From NCBI GenBank assembly GCA_012295275.1, contig CM022671.1:33294001-33358000 (forward strand): DNA of 64,000 nucleotides, written 5' to 3'. This stretch comes from Chrysomallon squamiferum. Taxonomy: Eukaryota; Animalia; Mollusca. A program made the translations under genes and the position numbers. Below, piece after piece: positions 28,601 through 42,344 of the stretch. Below the pieces are notes generated by a model. The model did no database searches, was not told the DNA's origin, and was given only the letters and a program-made list of their open reading frames with translations. Position 1 is the stretch's first letter, and each line of letters opens with the position of its first letter.

Positions 28601-31420
28601 AAAATATATATATAATAAAAATAATAATGAAAGTCTGTGAAAAGTTGACCTCTAGTTTACTGAAGCATCACAATCTGCTTTCCACACTTGTAAATAAATG
28701 AACCACTACAGCATTCAGCCCTATAAACTGATATCTCAGTAAAACTATCTTGTGTCACAACCAACAAAATCAAGTGCCCTACAGTGCAATTCATAGAAGC
28801 TGTCTAGCAGTGTATCTGACACTGAATAATGTGATAATGCAGAGAAAGACCCTTTAATATGTGTGCGCGTGTGTCTGGTAGGGTCAGTAGCAGCCTGTAT
28901 GTTGTTTGCTGAGCACACAAAGGGCTCTTGGGCCAACAAACCATCTGACATTCAGTAAAGTTGACAGACAGCAAAATCTGGAATAAGCCTGGAGTCTGTG
29001 TTGGTCAAATTAGAGGTTAACATGTTCTAAACACAAACGGCAACAGTCATGACCAGATATACAAATTAATACAGCAGAATAACACAAATATCAAACCGGT
29101 TATGAATAGGTTATGGAACAATGTCTTGATGGAAGGAGAGATAACTTAAAGGCAGATGGATTCAAAGAAGGATGGATGAGTTTTCATGAAGGTCTCTTTA
29201 AACCATTTGTGTACATTTTTTCCTATACAAATTTTTAATATTAGAGCCTTTAATCAAGTCAAATTGTAAAATAATTAAAATGGTAGTCAATGTTTAGAAA
29301 TGTGTGTAAAATTCAGGATGCATTCTAATTGTGTTTAACTTTAACAGATGTCTAATTTTTTTCTAGTTAAAATAATATTTTGAAAAAGATGCTGAGATCA
29401 AGTGTTACATATCCAATTCAGCAAATCATGATCACTCTGTACTTTATCAAAGCAATCCTTTCTGCTAATCGCATCTGCTAGTTGCATCTGTTGGGTTCTA
29501 GGTCTTAGAAAAATCTATGAAAGCACTATTACTTTTATTTTAATCACTACATCTGCTTTCCCCTTATATGTTTAACATATCCACATGCTGTCTGCAAAAA
29601 TAAAATGCATCAGTGGAAAGGTATATAGTTTGTTTTCAGTTTTCATTATAAACCCAGCTATGCAAATCATGTATACCTGGATTTTAAAAAACTCTGTCAT
29701 GAGAGTACTTCAATAATTAACATACAGATACACATTAAAAAACATCCAATTAGATTAGTACATATGGTAAGTCACTTTTGATGTTGTTCCAGATAGCTGA
29801 TTACAATTTTTATATTTCTTTTATTATTTTTAATTTTTTTAATACCAATCCTATAAATTCTTCTTGCAACAAAATCTGCATTGCTCACTTGTTTTATAAA
29901 GTTTTAAAAAGGTAATTAAGACAAATCAAATCTAGTGAAGAAAATCTACAAACATTTGAATCAGCAATGACTTCCTGAGTGCACTGGACCATTGCACTCC
30001 TCAACATCTGATAGGATATCATTTATAAACATTCAGCTCATACCTTTAAAAAACTGAATTCAGTCATTGTGTAGCTAATGCTTTTAAAAATCCAAATCAC
30101 ATTTTTCACTCAGTTATTTGTATGTACTCAGGACTTACAAAACTGCATTTACTTTTTCATAAGTTGTTTGTTTGACATTGAAGACTAAAAAAAAAAAAAT
30201 TCATTTTCTTTTTCACCTGAGTTATTTGTACTTACAAAGAACTGTTAAGAAACAGGATTTATTTTATTATCTTTTTTTCTTTCACCCCAGTTATTTTTAC
30301 ATATATATAATGAAAATCAATAACAGGCTTTCTTTAACAAACAAAATTTCACAAGAACACTTGTATGAAATGTACTAGGTCAACAAGAAGAAAGAAAGAA
30401 AAAAAAAAAAAAAAAAAAATATATATATCTTTCCTGGTGGCCTGATTTCTCTACTAGAATTTTAAATAATGATTTACAATGCTTTTACAAAACCACAGGT
30501 ACTGACATTTTATGTTAACTTGTTCTACTCACACCATATGGATAACAAACATAATTATTATTTAATACTTTTTAAACATTAACATTTAATATTATCCTGT
30601 CATAATATATTTTGCTTTTATAATAATTATTTTTGTTCTAAAACATCAAATTACATTTGACTAGATTTGAAAACAATATACAAACATATATGAGAAAATA
30701 CATATATATTCAAAAATAAATGTACATTTATTTATCACACACAAACACATATACTCACCAAAATTATTGTTATTAAATTTAATTTTCTTATTTTTTTAAT
30801 TTCCATTCAAGACTACTACTACCCTGGGTACACTAAAATATTTGCCTCTGCCTTTAACCTGAAGTGATTATTATGCTATCACTAACCAAATATCTATCAA
30901 GAGTCTGAGAACTGGCTATCAATTTTTTACTATTGTTATGTATTGTAATGTTGCTGTGAGAATTTTCACATGACCATGTATCCCTATTCACCAATTACAA
31001 TAATGTATCCTATGGCTGCTAACCAGATTGGATGGCATAAAGGCCATATCATTTTACAGGGTGTAAAGGCCATTCACCTTTCATAACCATCCAGCTAATT
31101 TGTTACCTGTCCCTGTAGCATGTACCACTAACAATACACTAGGTTCAAAAATAAACACATCAGTAATGTTGGCATTATGGAAATTATCATTATGGAAAGT
31201 GTGAATTTATAAATAAATTAATGTTTGTTTACTGATGCATTAACATATTTTGTTTAATTAATTATTAGGTGTCAAGTTGTTGGTGTTTATCTTAATAAGA
31301 TATATATATTTTTTTTTTTAAATTTCAAAAGTATCAAAAATAAAATAAGATCATATCACAAGAACTGCAGTCACTATTGCAAATAAGTAGTTTGTATCAT
31401 CATCAGATTTGTTTAATTTC

Positions 31421-31458
<38 letters not shown>

Positions 31459-34400
31459 CTGTGTATGTGTGGGGAAAAAAATGAAGTAAGAAACTGTTTA
31501 TACTCATTACCAGTTATCATATTTTAGTTATTGTATTAGAATATTTCAAAAAATATATATATCTTAAAAAGTTTAATACAAATTTGTTAAACAGTGGTAA
31601 TCATTAGCAGAATAGATCCTTTAAGCATTCTTTAAAAACATCTAATGTTAAAATGTGTTAAGATCTCTTTCAACAGATACTTAATCATTACAGCATTTAA
31701 AAACCACCAATTTGTTAAATTACATGGACTATATTTGTACTGAATTATCTGAAAGTATAATGAACTAGATTACTTTAACATCTATTTTTAAAAATTCTTA
31801 CCTCCAACTGACTTTAGACATTAAATATTTAAGCACCAATTTAAACCTTATATAATTCTTTGTATCTATGATCTGCTTCATTCCAGAGTTACACAGAAGC
31901 AAATTTCCTAATTCAGCTGAAATTTACCGAGAAGTTCATGACATTACCATAATTTGCACTTAAGAGCAAACAGATCTAATTAAATATACATTTCTGACAC
32001 ATTAAAGGCACAAAGTCAGAAATATTTAATATTTTAAACAGAAATTTGTTCTTTTTACTTAATTACTGTTTACAGAAATGTTTTCCCAAATGAGATGATG
32101 CTAATTTTTAGCACTTACATCTCCCTTAGTATGTTTTAATGTTTTTAATTTTTCAATATTTATTATTAATTTACTACTAAATTCTTAAAAATAAAACAAT
32201 AAAAAAAAGAAGAAGAAGAAGAAAGAAAGAATGAAAAGAAAAGAAATATGCAAAATGTTAAATATTGTCCTAACCAAAAAAAAAAAAAAAATATTTTGTA
32301 ATGGTACATAAGCCTGGTGAGGCATCTTAAAACTAAATACTTCTATATGTAAAATAACAAAAAATAAAAGTGCAATAAGTTTTTCTTCACAATTATTACT
32401 AGGCAATTTTAAAGATGATACCCCTAGCATCACCTGAATACTGAAGATATTTTACACATGTAACCCATTATATAACAGTAGACATGTGTGCTTACTGACA
32501 TTTCTACAAGCCATAAACTTTCACCTAACTATCTCTGTACCTGCAAATATGCTGTCAATACACCTTTCTACCAGTATACAAAAAGGCTCGAAAGCAACAG
32601 AAATATTTGTGAAGTAAGGAGTGGGGAAACAAAAAAAAAATTAACTGTGCAAAGATAGAATTTATGAAAGACATCTAGCATTTCTGCTAATTTATATGAC
32701 TAGCCTTCCCAGTATGCAATGGGAAATGTTCAACATTACTGACATAGAGATTGGAACAAAATAAACATCTACTGTGTGGCACTTCTGACAGACATGGATA
32801 CATGTCCTGCCTGTCTGACATGCAACAACACTGAAAGTCAATAAACAACCATAAACATTAGCATGCAAAAATAAACAGAAATTATCCAGATACCACATTT
32901 CACCACTATGATAAAGATTCCTTACAAGTGCAAACTTTCAGTCACATGAAAATCTTAGTTTTTTGGAATTTGTTCTTCTCTTCCTCTTTTTTCAAAAACA
33001 TCTAATGTATTTATTTTATTTTTTTTGGTCATTTTTAATTTTTTAATTTTTTATATATAATGAATGATTAAAGGCTCTTTTCACAGCAATTATTTTTGGG
33101 GGTAAGATATGAGATTTAATTTTTTTTTTAATTTAATCCATAATAGTTGTTATAAAATGAAAATATGAATTAATCCGTTTCCTGAAACTTAATTGTAAAC
33201 TATATGAAAAAAGAAAAGCCTAATATAATGCATTAACATTAACAGAAGATTTAATAACATTTATTATGCAATAGCTAGTATCTCCTATTGCTTTTGGATA
33301 TCATTAAATATTCATTACTCAGCTTTAGTTTTCCTCATTAAATAGTTTCATTTTGCAATTTGAAAAAAAAAAAAAAACAAAAAAAAACAAACAATAAAAC
33401 CCACAATACCCCAGAAAATAATATGTTTTCTAAAAATGGAGAGTAGTAATGTAATTACCAAACTATGCCAAAAATCACAGTGTCCCACATCATCTGCACT
33501 GTCACATAGCTCAGAATAGTTTAGCATGGTCCTGTGACATGTACTTTTCAGCACATGAACATCCTAAATCTTAATTTTGGCATGCCACAAAAACTCTTTG
33601 CAAGAAACTTCCTTATGGAAGAAGTTTGCTAATGGCTTAAAGTCAACACTCACACATCAGTGATAAGACTTAACTTTGTCTGTCGGCCATGACAAGACTT
33701 TTGAAAAAGAATGCAGAATTATCTCTGAGTGCAAGGAATGTTTTCAAATAGAATCAGTGGCAGTAACTGCATTCCTTTTAATAAAAATGTTTAATAATAA
33801 TAATTTAAAAAAACAGTAACAATACAACTACTACTAATAAAATAATATAAACATAAAATGTTACATACTGTTTCTTTTCTAGCCTTTTTATTATTTCATA
33901 TCATAGTAATTTGACTACTTACATGAAATTATTATCTGAAATATTTACTTAGTATCTAACATTATGAAATATATGTATTAAAGGATTACAACTAAATGCA
34001 TAATGAAGAAAAATAAATAAATAATAGTAGTAATAAACAATAATAATAAAAAATTTATAAAAAAGTAAAATAAAAATTTTGCTCCTGTTGTAAAAGCAAC
34101 ATGTAATTTCAATACAAAGAAGAATACAAACTAACACCAGTATTAACTGCCTTAACTGATTTAATGCACTGCCAGCATGGCTAGGTTTGGTTACAAGAGG
34201 TGTTCTTTCAAGACAGCAAACCAGAAACTGAAGGTGATAATTTCCAGCATGAGGTTGCTTCCAAGATTCAACAGCTGCAGTTACTTCACATTTCTACCCT
34301 TCCATGTGCAATTTATCTATAGCATGTACAGACAAATATCATCATTATGGGCAAGGATTACAGGAACTGTATTGTTAAGAATTTCAGCCAGTTGCTTCCA

Positions 34401-37400
34401 AATTAACTAGGACTGTCAGGAGATAACCCACATACTATCTTCTTTCTGGTTAATTTATAACTTTTGTAACCATAAATCAAAATAATATTAGTACATTAGT
34501 TTTTTGTCAGAATTGTACATCATGATTTAATAAACATTTATTGGCTATCTTATTACTAAGCTGTCTCACAAGCTTAAACACTGTGTTATATACCTTTGTT
34601 ATTAAAAACATATCCTAAACTGATAAAGTTATTATTATTATTATTATATGTTATAATTATTATTTTTATCATTTTTAAATGTTTAAATGAGCAAGGTTAT
34701 TAATAAACATTTTTTCTTCTCAGTATTTTTAATTTGAATTACCTTTATAGCTATAAATATTTTTTTTATTAATAATTACCTATTTCTTTCTTTTCCTTTA
34801 TGAATTTAACTATAAAATTTGTTTTGGTGCACATGTGCATGTGTTTTGGTGTGTATGTGTGTGTGTGTGTGTTTAAAAGTGTATATCACATATATATATA
34901 TATATATGTTATTAAAACATCTGGTTACATGTTGATATTTGATTATGTTTAGCGTTACCACATCACATCATTGTGTCTATACATCATCACTTCTTCATAA
35001 GCAGAAGGTTTGTGTATATACTCAGATATCAATTTACATATCTTTGCTAGCTAAATTAAATATTATTTATTTATTTATAATAATAATTATTTTTATATAT
35101 AAGAAAAGAAACAAATAATGTTAACACTAGAGAGAAAACAAAAAAAAAGTAAGAAAGAAAAAGATAAATGATTAAAAAACAATAACAAACATTAGATTTT
35201 GAGTATTCCCATTTTAAAATAAAAAGTCTTAAGGGGGGGGTGAAATGGCTCCAGGATGATTGGCTCAGGTAACAGTGATGAGCTGTCATCACCCATGGTG
35301 CAACAGGCCCCACTAGAACTATGTGCCTTGTATCAATTAGAGTGATGACAGAGTTACACAACCTGGCACAGCCAGTTGTAAATGCCAATCTGTGATCCAA
35401 GTTCAACATCAACAGAATAAGAAACACATCTTACCTTGATCATAACTACACACAAATGATCCTCCATAGGTGTGCTGTTCAGTAACAACAGTTTCTGAAC
35501 ACACCAACAACCAGATTAAAGAAAATAGTGGTTTTATTTTTTGGCAACAAATTTGGCTATCTATTTTAGTTGTGTTAGCTTTTCTTTTCTCATTTTTGTG
35601 ATTGTTGTGATGATGATACTTGCCATTTTTCATTACTATAAAATTAATAGGGTTAGTTCTCCATGTTTACATTATGGATAAAAATTAAGCAAAAACTCAT
35701 TTTAAATGGAGAATTATGCATTTGTCATGATTGCGGCTTTAAAAATATCAAGTATGAAATGCATGCCTTCAATATTTTCAAAAAAGTTCCCATTAATTTT
35801 GTTAAAAATGTTTCCTAAAATAGAAGAAGCAATTTAAAAATATGTAGATCTAACAGCCATAAAATTCACACCTTCAGGCACAGATCTGAAGTGTTTCCAA
35901 AACTGAAACTTCTCACAGGAACTTTTCAAGAATACACTCCACAATCAGCTATGTATAAATATTAGTTTCCTGGCTGCTGATGACAGCCATAAAATCCACT
36001 GATAAAAAAATATATTTATGAAGCAAATCTGAGTTTGTATGTTCTAGCTCTAACCCTAAAAGTCATCTCATTTTGCTGAAATTCTATCCATCACTATCAA
36101 AATCTCTGCCAAACAGTGATAACAGACAGAGACACACATGAACATCAGGTGTAAAGCCTATCTCATAGAAAGCTTGGACTATCAGAGGAAAAAAAACTAT
36201 CCAGTGTGATAGGATTGTGTCATTGTACCTAGTGGACCCCACCACCAGCAGTGCCACCCTCAGCACCCATGTTAATAACCTGATAGGATGTAATGAACAT
36301 TTCCTCTATTGCCTTCATCCAGAAAGCATGAGATGTTTTCTAGAAGAACATGCCAAACACAACCACCTGATGACTGCTGATAAATGGTAAACAAATAATA
36401 ATAAACAAAAATAAAAATAATGATATATATATTTCAAAACTGCATTAATACTGGATACCTTTAATAATATTTAGTAATAAAATGCATTGAGATAGCAATA
36501 AATATTCATTCAATTTAAAACAGGTTATCTTTTAACAAGCCAAGGCAGGTAAAAATGTGAGCTTATCTCTGTTTTAAAATAAATTCAGATTTAATTCATG
36601 ACAGTAAGGATGTATCTGAATCTTTTATAATCAGAAAGGTTCTGCTTTTATTTTATTATTTTATAACTGTAAAAAGTTTATAAACATGCTTTTTTCGAAT
36701 TTTCAGTGCTAGAATTCCAGTTCTCTGTATAATACATTTTTGTTTCATTCAGAATTACCTTTTAAAGACAAAATTAATATTTATCCAGGATTAAGTAAAG
36801 TCACAAAATGTTACTACATGAAATTTTTATCTTCTGCTCAGCCATGTCTATGTTAAGTAACAGATTTTCTCCAAATCTATAAGTTAAATAATACATAAGG
36901 TATCTGGCTGACCAGTAATAAAACTTCCATTGGTTGAATAACACAGTTTATAATCCTGTAAAATAAGTTAAATAATCTACTTTCTCTCTTATCTGACCAC
37001 TGTTTGAAATTCAGAAAGCTAACTTTAAATAGCAGAGGAACTGCCAACAAGCAATCAATAACAGGTGGAGTTCTTCTTGGAATACCCACTGATCTGAATA
37101 GGAGTGAATAAAATATTTCTTAGTGTTAGATATTACTAAAGTCAGTGGTTTCTCTTCTCAAACTGTCATTATAAAATCTCGTCTAATAACAGTATTATAA
37201 AGAAAATACTACAGAGATTTTAAACAAATATGTATTCATAACTAGAACTGCAGTAGTTTGTGGATGAGTTAGATGGTGTTCACAATAGACAGCAAATATG
37301 AAATGTAAATATCACCTATAGAATACATATATTTCTGTACACTCTTACACAAGGCAAATGATGCCTGTGAAAGAAGACAGCCTGTAAGTAAATATATTCA

Positions 37401-40220
37401 TGGACAAAACAATGAAACCATAAAAAGTTATTTACTACAACTTGAAGGAAATGTATCTTGTACAAATTGACTGAAATGGTGGACAATACAAAAAAAAGAA
37501 GAAAAAACCCCCCAAAAACAAACAACAACAAAAAAGCATTTATTTAATGTATTTTATGTTATAATGAAGATAATGAATAATAAAAACCTTTTAGTTTAAT
37601 TACATGTAGACACATATGTATGTGTCTGAGTAAAATAACTAGAACATAAATTAGTTTTAAACATGTGTTACAGAAATGGCCAAGATGGCCTACCTGCTAC
37701 ATCTATCACCATAACATGATGGCAGGGCTCACAAATTAGCAATCTTATGCAGTCTTAAACAATTAGTTAAATTTACAAATCTCTTTATAACTCCCAAATG
37801 TAAAATGCAGCTGATGTCAGCGTGGGATTCTGATCTTTCTCAAGGTGAGGAATAATAACTGTGAGGCAGTTGAGATTCATTTCACAAATTTATTGCAGCC
37901 ATCAAATGTGCTTACTGATTGAAGACAATTCCAACATCTGGATTTGACAGGCTATAGCCAGACTTGTGTGTAGCCTGGAAAAGTTTACTCAAATTTATTG
38001 CCTCTCTTTTTAACTAATTTATATATCTATAAAAGAAGTTTTAAAATGTTTTAGACTGACAAAGTTTTCTTCTGTAACATTTCTAATATATTTTACCAGT
38101 TCCAACCAAAATGTTTTAATAAACAAATTTATAATCAGTTACAATAAATACATTTGTTAAATAGGAAGATACTAATTGTGCTCAATTAAAAAGATAAATT
38201 TTATGTAGTTAGACAAAAAATTTCTTTATGTCCTTTGTTATTAAAGTGTTCTTTGAATCTTACATATATCAATGTAGATTTAAAGATGCTCCATCACTTA
38301 GCATCGATTATAATGCATCATCCAAGAGAAAGGACCAAACAAGATCCACAAGCTGTTATTGAACAGACACATTAACCTAGTGACTGAAAAATAATAATAC
38401 ACCAAAAACAAAAGATTTGTAATATGATGTATAAACCCATATTACATTCTACATACTATATTTGCTATATGCTACAGAAATACAGAACTATATAAAGATT
38501 ATGCAGTGCCTTTACTTTTTCTGAAATGTATTGATTAAAATATCAATAAAAATAAATTTAAATGAACTCTTTAGTGAATTCTATGAATAATCTGGCTAAA
38601 TTTGAATCTTAAAAAAATGTATGCTAGGCAAGAACAAGAATAGGAACAGTACCAGCTGTTTTGGTAATTAACATGATTACAAGAGAAAATAGGATTAGAA
38701 TACTGACACCAAAAGCTAATTATATGCAAATGGCATGGTTAATGTTCTACTAAGCAAAAGACATGTCACAAACAAACCAGGCTACGGTGCCATACCTGCC
38801 AGGCTCAATACTGACACTTTCTGATGTAGGTGATAACAACATGTACTGTCCAGACTTACAGGTCAAGGGTCAAACACATGTGGCCACAGAACCTCTTGAA
38901 AAACATCCCCAGCACCATGGCTAGGCAGCCATGTGCCATCATGAAACCAACTCCAGACCCAACATCCTGACAAAATGTTTTGGACAAATCACTGTTGGTA
39001 CAGGTGCTGCCTGGACTCATAGAAATAAATGATTTCCAAGGCCACAGTTTCAGAGCAATATGACATTTTTCAAAATTGTTCATGAAGAAAGATGCACAAA
39101 AGAATATTTGAAATTATGATAAAGTTCTAAAAGAATACAGTGTTCAATCTAGTTAATGTTTTGTAGATCCTTCTCTTCTTATTTCTTTTTTTCATCTCCT
39201 TCTTTATAAATTATTATCTCTTTTTTAAATTTTTTTTATTATTAGCACTCTGCTCACAGTTTGTACAACAATTATAATGCAAATGACATTAATTGTAAAA
39301 TACTGTACAATAAGAACATATTGAACATACTATTTACTATTTACTAATTTTTGCAGTTGACAAATGTAAAAAGATGAAGAAAATATGCAGAATATTACTT
39401 CTTTCATACTGCTTACAGGATTTTATATTTACCATTAAATGAAATAAGAAAAAAGGTCAGGCCATCCTGTTTTAGATCAAAAATTGCTCAATGTGACTGT
39501 CATACAGGAGCAGTTTCACTGTTTTATGAATGGTCTAATAAATATGTCTGTGTTGTCCACAAAGTCAGTTTTGATGAGCAAGATGACAGACAGAACTCAG
39601 ACAAGAGAGAGAGATGTTGTACAGGTCACAGTCCACACCCCAGGCAGTGTCATAAATTCACCCATATACATTGCAAGGAGACCCTACAAGGTGTCGTAAA
39701 TCTGAGAACTTCAATCAGATCTGGCCAGTTATGTTTGTGCTGGAAAGTTGTAAAACTCTGCACCATAGGTCCCACTTTCACAAACGACTGTGTGGTTTTG
39801 TGGCAGGCTACGTACACAGCGATAATGAGATAACATTGAGCTTCTCATCAGACAAGGGTGGGAATTACAACCATAGGGTGCTACAAAAACATTCTTTCAC
39901 AGAACACTTCTCACTCTCCAAACAGACTCCCCATGTTCTCAAAACCAGTGAATAGGTAGTATAAAATGCTAATGAATTCCACATGCACAGAGTTCTAACA
40001 TTAGATAATACTAGAATATAGTATATTAAGAAAGAAATATTTAAATAAACAAATACTGTCTTGATAAAAAATGAGAAATTTTCTTCATTTTTTTTTCTTT
40101 ATATATATATATATTTTTTTAACACATCAAAGAAAAAGAATATTGATATTGCTAATTTTGTCTCCCAGTTCTATTTATAAAATAATATGTATATATATAT
40201 ATATGGCACTGTGCAGATTT

Positions 40221-40952
40221 GGAAAAAATGGCACCCTATTTATTTTTTCTGTATAGTTGCTTTTCAAAAAAATTTAAATGTCTTTGTGAAAAAAATGTTT
40301 ATTCATGCAATATTGTTACATACATGTATATTAATATACAGCATCACTCAGCCACTTGGTTTTGCTTAACAAAATACAGTATTATATACAGAGTTTAATA
40401 TTACACATATACACATACATATACACATATACACATACATACATACACACACACATACATACATACATATATATACACACACCCAAACACGTGTGTATAC
40501 ATGTCTATGTGTATATATATATATATATATATGTATATGTATAATACACACATACACATACACATTCATTTATATACATATATGTATGTACATATACTTA
40601 CATGCATATATAGATGCACTAGTACATTCATACAGATGTATCTAATTTAAATACGCATACCACAGTTAAAACATCCTCCAGAATGATATCATTTTTACAT
40701 TAGGTACATCTGTATGAATGTGTCTGTATATATGAATGTACTCATTCATCTAGGTACGTGTGAAAGCATCCATATATGTATGCATGTGTCTATATGTGTA
40801 CTTTGTTAAGCAAACCTAGTGGCTGAATGATGCTATATATTAATATACATGTATGTAACAATATAGCATGAATAAACTGTATTTTCAAAAGTACATTTAA
40901 TTTTCTTTTTAAAGCAACTATACAGAAAAATAAGTAAGTTGCCATTTTTTCC
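40221..40952. mobile_element. Foldback / long inverted repeat element (~730 bp) with ~155-bp diverged arms
   Basis: 40221-~40378 is the reverse complement of ~40798-40952 (GGAAAAAATGGCA...TGCCATTTTTTCC). The ORF track shows nearly the same peptide (IHAILLHTCILIYSI.QPLG) on opposite strands. Inner IR CATTCATACAGATGTA (~40625) / TACATCTGTATGAATG (~40705). Confidence 0.85.
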
Positions 40953-42312
40953 GGTGCCTTTATTTCTGATTCCATTTTTTCCTACAACCGTATATATATA
41001 TCAACAAACAGTCAAAACTAAAGAACAATTTCATCTTTACTCAAACTTTTTCTAGTTCTTATTCTGTTTTTAGCATAGGGGAAAGTTCTGAAAACTGCTC
41101 TAACTGCTAAAAGGATATCCTCTTACTCTTTATCCACTTTTATTGTACATGTCAATAACATTAAAGCACCACATTATAGGAATGCTACATTACTTCACAG
41201 AGTAATTGTACACAGACTCAAACATTTCTTAGATAAAGGGTTATTCCAGTCAACCATGCAGAACCTTCAGACTACAATACACTCTACAGTTTCAAAACCA
41301 CACACACCTGATTGCATTTTAATACATATGCAAGACCTCTTTTTTGTGCTAGTTAACAATTATCTTATTTCATTTTCTTATGTTTACTTAACCTTCCAAG
41401 TATATCTTATCTACAGATTAAAAGATTCTTTAATCTTGAATGGTCGAAAATTATCTCAATATATATATATATATTTTTTTTTTCTCTTCTTTTTAAAAAA
41501 CTGTTTATTGCCCATTATTTTTTCAAAGAAGAAAGCAACTTTTAGAACAATAATACTATTAACAACAATTCACTAAATACAAGTGTAAGTATAATAAAAT
41601 GGTATTTTATACTAGATATTTAGATCTAGAAGACAGAGATGGAAGACAGCACCAATGTATCACCATAATGAACTAGAATGGACATGGCTGAACTAATCTG
41701 TTCCATGATAAAATGATACAACAGATGAAGGGAGAGACAGAGAGAGGAAGTAGTGATGGAAAGATAACTCCAGTGCCAAAAATCCTATGACTGGGTATAG
41801 TTACAGGTTCTATGGGCCAAGTGTCAATCACTTTATCAGATGCTTTACATTCCTTCTGTTTATCTTTTAGCCTCTTTCTAATCTGATAATTAGCTAACTA
41901 GTTTTTAAATAAAATATATTCTTTTACACCAAATGGGAGCAATAATATCTCTAGAAAAACATTACCTCCATCAGCAGAAAATAGAAAATATAAATGTTCT
42001 GTGAAATGTACAAAAGAACAGTTCTAAAGATGATAATCAATTTGTTTTAGGAGCATCATAATGAGTAGAGAAAGAAAAAAGAAAGAAAATAAAAAATAAA
42101 ATTTTCTATTTTACTTTGAACTTTGTTGATATACACAGATAAAGGCTTCTGTCACATTATTTTTAATATATTTTGCAATATAATAATAATAACAATAATA
42201 ATAAAAATTAAAATAAAATTTGTAAGATTTTTGTGTGATTTTCTATGATTCTTTTCTTATTTTTCTTTCTTTTTTCTTTCTATAAACTGCATATATAATA
42301 CTGGTATATATA

Positions 42313-42344
<32 letters not shown>

